12,784 nucleotides of DNA from a virus (taxonomy: Duplodnaviria; Heunggongvirae; Uroviricota; Caudoviricetes): IMG/VR virus record IMGVR_UViG_2648501669_000007; one strand, given 5' to 3'. Below the pieces are notes generated by a model. The model saw only the letters and a list, made by a program, of their open reading frames with translations. It was not told the origin of the DNA and did no database searches. Numbering within the stretch: the first letter of the stretch is position 1; the number at the start of each line of letters is the position of its first letter. A program made the translations under genes and the position numbers. Positions 8,691 to 12,784 of the stretch are shown piece by piece.

Positions 8691-8764
8691 TATCACCGCA
8701 AGGGATAAATATCTAACACCGTGCGTGTTGACTATTTTACCTCTGGCGGTGATAATGGTTGCAT
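8691..8764. promoter_or_regulatory. Right operator region: OR3, OR2, OR1 with divergent pRM and pR promoters
   Basis: OR3 TATCACCGCAAGGGATA 8691-8707, OR2 TAACACCGTGCGTGTTG 8714-8730, OR1 TACCTCTGGCGGTGATA 8738-8754; pR -35 TTGACT 8728-8733 and -10 GATAAT 8751-8756. Confidence 0.92.
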
Positions 8765-8771
8765 GTACTAA

Positions 8772-8981
<210 letters not shown>

Positions 8982-8988
8982 ATAACCC

Positions 8989-9020
8989 CGCTCTTACACA
9001 TTCCAGCCCTGAAAAAGGGC
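8989..9020 (+). promoter_or_regulatory. nutR (boxA CGCTCTTACA plus boxB hairpin GCCCTGAAAAAGGGC)
   Basis: boxA at 8989-8998 and boxB at 9006-9020 just downstream of cro; the rho-dependent tR1 region follows. Confidence 0.8.
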
Positions 9021-9074
9021 ATCAAATTAAACCACACCTATGGTGTATGCATTTATTTGCATACATTCAATCAA

Positions 9075-9121
9075 TTGTTATCTAAGGAAATACTTACATA
9101 TGGTTCGTGCAAACAAACGCA
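9075..9121 (-). promoter_or_regulatory. pRE (CII-activated promoter for repressor establishment)
   Basis: CII recognition repeat TTGC-N6-TTGC on the minus strand within the first cII codons (about 9105-9118), oriented leftward. Confidence 0.6.
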
Positions 9122-9393
9122 ACGAGGCTCTACGAATCGAGAGTGCGTTGCTTAACAAAATCGCAATGCTTGGAACTGAGAAGACAGCGGAAGCTGTGGG
9201 CGTTGATAAGTCGCAGATCAGCAGGTGGAAGAGGGACTGGATTCCAAAGTTCTCAATGCTGCTTGCTGTTCTTGAATGGGGGGTCGTTGACGACGACATG
9301 GCTCGATTGGCGCGACAAGTTGCTGCGATTCTCACCAATAAAAAACGCCCGGCGGCAACCGAGCGTTCTGAACAAATCCAGATGGAGTTCTGA
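9100..9393 (+). CDS. cII: CII transcriptional activator, 97 aa
   Basis: Track ORF 9040-9393 contains MVRANKRNEALRIESALLNKIAMLGTEKTAEAVGVDKSQISRWKRDWIPKFSMLLAVLEWG...; start assigned to ATG 9100-9102. Confidence 0.95.
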   Translation: MVRANKRNEALRIESALLNKIAMLGTEKTAEAVGVDKSQISRWKRDWIPKFSMLLAVLEWGVVDDDMARLARQVAAILTNKKRPAATERSEQIQMEF

Positions 9394-9415
9394 GGTCATT
9401 ACTGGATCTATCAAC
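9339..9415 (-). ncRNA. oop: Probable oop antisense RNA overlapping the cII 3' end (coordinates approximate)
   Basis: Minus-strand hairpin plus T6 (GTTGCCGCCGGGCGTTTTTT) at about 9339-9358 inside the cII 3' end; placement follows known lambda organisation. Confidence 0.5.
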
Positions 9416-9425
9416 AGGAGTCATT

Positions 9426-10325
9426 ATGACAAATACAGCAAAAATACTCAACTTCGGCAGAGGTAACTTTGCCGGACAGGAGCGTAATGTGGCAGATCTC
9501 GATGATGGTTACGCCAGACTATCAAATATGCTGCTTGAGGCTTATTCGGGCGCAGATCTGACCAAGCGACAGTTTAAAGTGCTGCTTGCCATTCTGCGTA
9601 AAACCTATGGGTGGAATAAACCAATGGACAGAATCACCGATTCTCAACTTAGCGAGATTACAAAGTTACCTGTCAAACGGTGCAATGAAGCCAAGTTAGA
9701 ACTCGTCAGAATGAATATTATCAAGCAGCAAGGCGGCATGTTTGGACCAAATAAAAACATCTCAGAATGGTGCATCCCTCAAAACGAGGGAAAATCCCCT
9801 AAAACGAGGGATAAAACATCCCTCAAATTGGGGGATTGCTATCCCTCAAAACAGGGGGACACAAAAGACACTATTACAAAAGAAAAAAGAAAAGATTATT
9901 CGTCAGAGAATTCTGGCGAATCCTCTGACCAGCCAGAAAACGACCTTTCTGTGGTGAAACCGGATGCTGCAATTCAGAGCGGCAGCAAGTGGGGGACAGC
10001 AGAAGACCTGACCGCCGCAGAGTGGATGTTTGACATGGTGAAGACTATCGCACCATCAGCCAGAAAACCGAATTTTGCTGGGTGGGCTAACGATATCCGC
10101 CTGATGCGTGAACGTGACGGACGTAACCACCGCGACATGTGTGTGCTGTTCCGCTGGGCATGCCAGGACAACTTCTGGTCCGGTAACGTGCTGAGCCCGG
10201 CCAAACTCCGCGATAAGTGGACCCAACTCGAAATCAACCGTAACAAGCAACAGGCAGGCGTGACAGCCAGCAAACCAAAACTCGACCTGACAAACACAGA
10301 CTGGATTTACGGGGTGGATCTATGA
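9426..10325 (+). CDS. O: O replication initiator, 299 aa
   Basis: Intact 299-aa ORF MTNTAKILNFGRGNFAGQERNVADLDDGYARLSNMLLEAYSGADLTKRQF... recognised as lambda O; contains the ori iterons. Confidence 0.97.
   Translation: MTNTAKILNFGRGNFAGQERNVADLDDGYARLSNMLLEAYSGADLTKRQFKVLLAILRKTYGWNKPMDRITDSQLSEITKLPVKRCNEAKLELVRMNIIKQQGGMFGPNKNISEWCIPQNEGKSPKTRDKTSLKLGDCYPSKQGDTKDTITKEKRKDYSSENSGESSDQPENDLSVVKPDAAIQSGSKWGTAEDLTAAEWMFDMVKTIAPSARKPNFAGWANDIRLMRERDGRNHRDMCVLFRWACQDNFWSGNVLSPAKLRDKWTQLEINRNKQQAGVTASKPKLDLTNTDWIYGVDL
9774..9900. repeat. ori-lambda: four about 19-bp iterons (O binding sites) followed by an AT-rich unwinding region
   Basis: Direct repeats ATCCCTCAAAACGAGGG, ATCCCCTAAAACGAGGG, ACATCCCTCAAATTGGGGG, ATCCCTCAAAACAGGGGG at 9774-9860, then an A-rich tract 9861-9900, all inside O. 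Confidence 0.88.
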
Positions 10326-11023
10326 AAAACATCGCCGCACAGATGGTTAACTTTGACCGTGAGCAGATGCGTCGGATCGCCAACAACATGCCGGAACAGT
10401 ACGACGAAAAGCCGCAGGTACAGCAGGTAGCGCAGATCATCAACGGTGTGTTCAGCCAGTTACTGGCAACTTTCCCGGCGAGCCTGGCTAACCGTGACCA
10501 GAACGAAGTGAACGAAATCCGTCGCCAGTGGGTTCTGGCTTTTCGGGAAAACGGGATCACCACGATGGAACAGGTTAACGCAGGAATGCGCGTAGCCCGT
10601 CGGCAGAATCGACCATTTCTGCCATCACCCGGGCAGTTTGTTGCATGGTGCCGGGAAGAAGCATCCGTTACCGCCGGACTGCCAAACGTCAGCGAGCTGG
10701 TTGATATGGTTTACGAGTATTGCCGGAAGCGAGGCCTGTATCCGGATGCGGAGTCTTATCCGTGGAAATCAAACGCGCACTACTGGCTGGTTACCAACCT
10801 GTATCAGAACATGCGGGCCAATGCGCTTACTGATGCGGAATTACGCCGTAAGGCCGCAGATGAGCTTGTCCATATGACTGCGAGAATTAACCGTGGTGAG
10901 GCGATCCCTGAACCAGTAAAACAACTTCCTGTTATGGGCGGTAGACCTCTAAATCGTGCACAGGCTCTGGCGAAGATCGCAGAAATTAAAGCTAAGTTCG
11001 GACTGAAAGGAGCAAGTGTATGA
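10322..11023 (+). CDS. P: P replication protein (DnaB helicase loader), 233 aa
   Basis: Intact 233-aa ORF MKNIAAQMVNFDREQMRRIANNMPEQYDEKPQVQQVAQIINGVF...; ATGA overlap with the O stop. Confidence 0.97.
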   Translation: MKNIAAQMVNFDREQMRRIANNMPEQYDEKPQVQQVAQIINGVFSQLLATFPASLANRDQNEVNEIRRQWVLAFRENGITTMEQVNAGMRVARRQNRPFLPSPGQFVAWCREEASVTAGLPNVSELVDMVYEYCRKRGLYPDAESYPWKSNAHYWLVTNLYQNMRANALTDAELRRKAADELVHMTARINRGEAIPEPVKQLPVMGGRPLNRAQALAKIAEIKAKFGLKGASV

Positions 11024-11310
11024 CGGGCAAAGAGGCAATTATTCATTACCTGGGGACGCATAATAGCTTCTGTGCGCCGGACGTTGCCGCGCTAACAGGC
11101 GCAACAGTAACCAGCATAAATCAGGCCGCGGCTAAAATGGCACGGGCAGGTCTTCTGGTTATCGAAGGTAAGGTCTGGCGAACGGTGTATTACCGGTTTG
11201 CTACCAGGGAAGAACGGGAAGGAAAGATGAGCACGAACCTGATTTTTAAGGAGTGTCGCCAGAGTGCCGCGATGAAACGGGTATTGGCGGTATATAGAGT
11301 TAAAAGATGA
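11020..11310 (+). CDS. ren: Ren protein (relieves Rex exclusion), 96 aa
   Basis: Intact 96-aa ORF MTGKEAIIHYLGTHNSFCAPDVAALTGATVTSINQAAAKMARAGLLVIEG...; ATGA overlap with the P stop. Confidence 0.9.
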   Translation: MTGKEAIIHYLGTHNSFCAPDVAALTGATVTSINQAAAKMARAGLLVIEGKVWRTVYYRFATREEREGKMSTNLIFKECRQSAAMKRVLAVYRVKR

Positions 11311-11335
11311 CCATCTATATTACTGAGCTAATAAC

Positions 11336-11366
11336 AGGCCTGCTGGTAATCGCAGGCCTTTTTATT
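11336..11366 (+). terminator. Intrinsic terminator (tR2-like) between ren and ninB
   Basis: Stem AGGCCTGC/GCAGGCCT (11336-11343 / 11352-11359) followed by TTTTTATTT. Confidence 0.7.
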
Positions 11367-11383
11367 TGGGGGAGAGGGAAGTC

Positions 11384-11824
11384 ATGAAAAAACTAACCTT
11401 TGAAATTCGATCTCCAGCACATCAGCAAAACGCTATTCACGCAGTACAGCAAATCCTTCCAGACCCAACCAAACCAATCGTAGTAACCATTCAGGAACGC
11501 AACCGTAGCTTAGACCAAAACAGGAAGCTATGGGCCTGCTTAGGTGACGTCTCTCGTCAGGTTGAATGGCATGGTCGCTGGCTGGATGCAGAAAGCTGGA
11601 AGTGTGTGTTTACCGCAGCATTAAAGCAGCAGGATGTTGTTCCTAACCTTGCCGGGAATGGCTTTGTGGTAATAGGCCAGTCAACCAGCAGGATGCGTGT
11701 AGGCGAATTTGCGGAGCTATTAGAGCTTATACAGGCATTCGGTACAGAGCGTGGCGTTAAGTGGTCAGACGAAGCGAGACTGGCTCTGGAGTGGAAAGCG
11801 AGATGGGGAGATCGGGCTGCATGA
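11384..11824 (+). CDS. ninB: NinB (Orf recombination mediator), 146 aa
   Basis: Track ORF 11366-11824; start assigned to ATG 11384 after RBS GGAGAGGGAA; MKKLTFEIRSPAHQQNAIHAVQQILPDPTKPIVVTIQERNRSLDQNRKLW... recognised as lambda NinB. Confidence 0.9.
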   Translation: MKKLTFEIRSPAHQQNAIHAVQQILPDPTKPIVVTIQERNRSLDQNRKLWACLGDVSRQVEWHGRWLDAESWKCVFTAALKQQDVVPNLAGNGFVVIGQSTSRMRVGEFAELLELIQAFGTERGVKWSDEARLALEWKARWGDRAA

Positions 11825-12348
11825 CTATCAAATCAAATACGCCAGCACACGACAAGGACTGCTGGCAAACGCCGCTTTGGCTTTTTGATGCACTGGATAT
11901 TGAGTTTGGATTCTGGCTGGATTCGGCAGCGAGCGACAAAAATGCTCTGTGTGCTCACTGGCTAACTGAGGCCGACGACGCGCTCAATTCTGAGTGGGTA
12001 AGCCACGGTGCAATCTGGAATAACCCACCGTACAGCAATATCAGGCCGTGGGTGGAAAAAGCCGCTGAGCAGTGCATACAACAGCGACAGACGGTAGTTA
12101 TGCTTGTGCCAGAGGATATGTCAGTCGGATGGTTCAGCAAGGCTCTGGAGAGTGTCGACGAAGTTCGCATTATCACTGATGGACGGATTAATTTTATCGA
12201 ACCATCGACAGGGTTGGAGAAGAAGGGAAACAGCAAAGGCTCCATGCTGCTGATTTGGCGACCGTTCATCAGTCCTCGACGGATGTTTACTACCGTATCC
12301 AAAGCGGCATTGATGGCGATCGGGCAGGGCGTCAGGAGGGCGGCATGA
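11821..12348 (+). CDS. Phage-type DNA N6-adenine methyltransferase (Dam-like, orphan), 175 aa
   Basis: ATG 11821 overlaps the ninB stop (ATGA); catalytic NPPY(S) motif (WNNPPYSN) and N-terminal [24 protein letters not shown] typical of the phage Dam family; occupies the slot of lambda ninC/ninD. Confidence 0.85.
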   Translation: MTIKSNTPAHDKDCWQTPLWLFDALDIEFGFWLDSAASDKNALCAHWLTEADDALNSEWVSHGAIWNNPPYSNIRPWVEKAAEQCIQQRQTVVMLVPEDMSVGWFSKALESVDEVRIITDGRINFIEPSTGLEKKGNSKGSMLLIWRPFISPRRMFTTVSKAALMAIGQGVRRAA

Positions 12349-12414
12349 GGCGACAGCGACGAAGTTTCACCGACATCATCTGCGAAAACTGCAAATACCT
12401 TCCAACGAAACGCT
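12345..12414 (+). pseudogene. ninE: ninE 5' fragment (23 codons) truncated by IS1 insertion
   Basis: ATG 12345 overlaps the methyltransferase stop; [23 protein letters not shown] matches the recalled lambda NinE N-terminus; the frame is cut at 12414/12415 by the IS1 terminal inverted repeat. Confidence 0.7.
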
Positions 12415-12784
12415 GGTGATGCTGCCAACTTACTGATTTAGTGTATGATGGTGTTTTTGAGGTGCTCCAGTGGCTTCTGTTTCTATCAGCTGTCCCTCCT
12501 GTTCAGCTACTGACGGGGTGGTGCGTAACGGCAAAAGCACCGCCGGACATCAGCGCTATCTCTGCTCTCACTGCCGTAAAACATGGCAACTGCAGTTCAC
12601 TTACACCGCTTCTCAACCCGGTACGCACCAGAAAATCATTGATATGGCCATGAATGGCGTTGGATGCCCGGCAACACCCCGCCTTATGGGCCTTGGCCTC
12701 AACACGATTTTACGTCACCTAAAAAACTCACGGCCCCAGTCGGTAACCCCCCCCATACACCCGCGCACTGACGACATCGTCAGC
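12415..12784 (+). mobile_element. IS1-family insertion sequence, left end and first about 370 bp, running off the window edge
   Basis: Terminal inverted repeat GGTGATGCTGCCAACTTACTGAT at 12415; InsA coding sequence and the A6C frameshift motif (CTAAAAAAC) present. Confidence 0.9.
12470..12784 (+). CDS. insA: IS1 InsA (partial in window; frame lacks the expected stop)
   Basis: GTG start at 12470; translation [66 protein letters not shown]... matches InsA, then diverges near 12640-12784 with an apparent extra base before the canonical stop. Confidence 0.6.
   Translation, partial: MASVSISCPSCSATDGVVRNGKSTAGHQRYLCSHCRKTWQLQFTYTASQPGTHQKIIDMAMNGVGCPATPRLMGLGLNTILRHLKNSRPQSVTPPIHPRTDDIVS

Noticed and set aside
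9107-9466. 119-aa plus-strand ORF overlapping cII in another frame
   Set aside because: The cII frame (9100-9393) is the recognised protein; this alternative frame has no recognisable product and spans the cII-O intergenic terminator region.
9774-9860. Tandem about 19-bp direct repeats that could be mistaken for a CRISPR array or other repeat system
   Set aside because: These are the ori-lambda iterons inside the O coding sequence; the repeats are contiguous with no spacers and no cas genes are present.
9974-10563. Minus-strand ORFs of 64-109 aa inside O and P
   Set aside because: Antisense to two strongly supported replication genes; arginine/serine-rich translations typical of antisense frames of GC-rich coding DNA.
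12441-12653. 70-aa plus-strand ORF within IS1
   Set aside because: It is an alternative frame of the IS1 left end; the genuine InsA frame starts at GTG 12470 in a different frame.

Overview
This window is the early-left-to-nin segment of a lambda-immunity lambdoid prophage, and I do not see a novel system in it. Gene order and spacing appear colinear with phage lambda from ea8.5 through ninB: ea8.5, ea22, orf73, the orf61/63/60a cluster, exo, bet, gam, kil, cIII, ea10, ral, orf28, sieB, N, pL/OL, rexB, rexA, cI, OR, cro, cII, O with ori, P, ren, ninB. Past ninB the window departs from lambda: a phage Dam-like N6-adenine methyltransferase sits where ninC/ninD would be, and an IS1 element interrupts ninE and runs to the window end. 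The main observations are lesions in accessory genes (in-frame TAG stops in ea22 and gam, a frameshift in the gam leader, an interrupted orf61 frame) alongside intact immunity, replication and host-protection genes. All identifications rest on recalled lambda protein sequences and motifs; no database search was run, and every comparison to the lambda reference is from memory.
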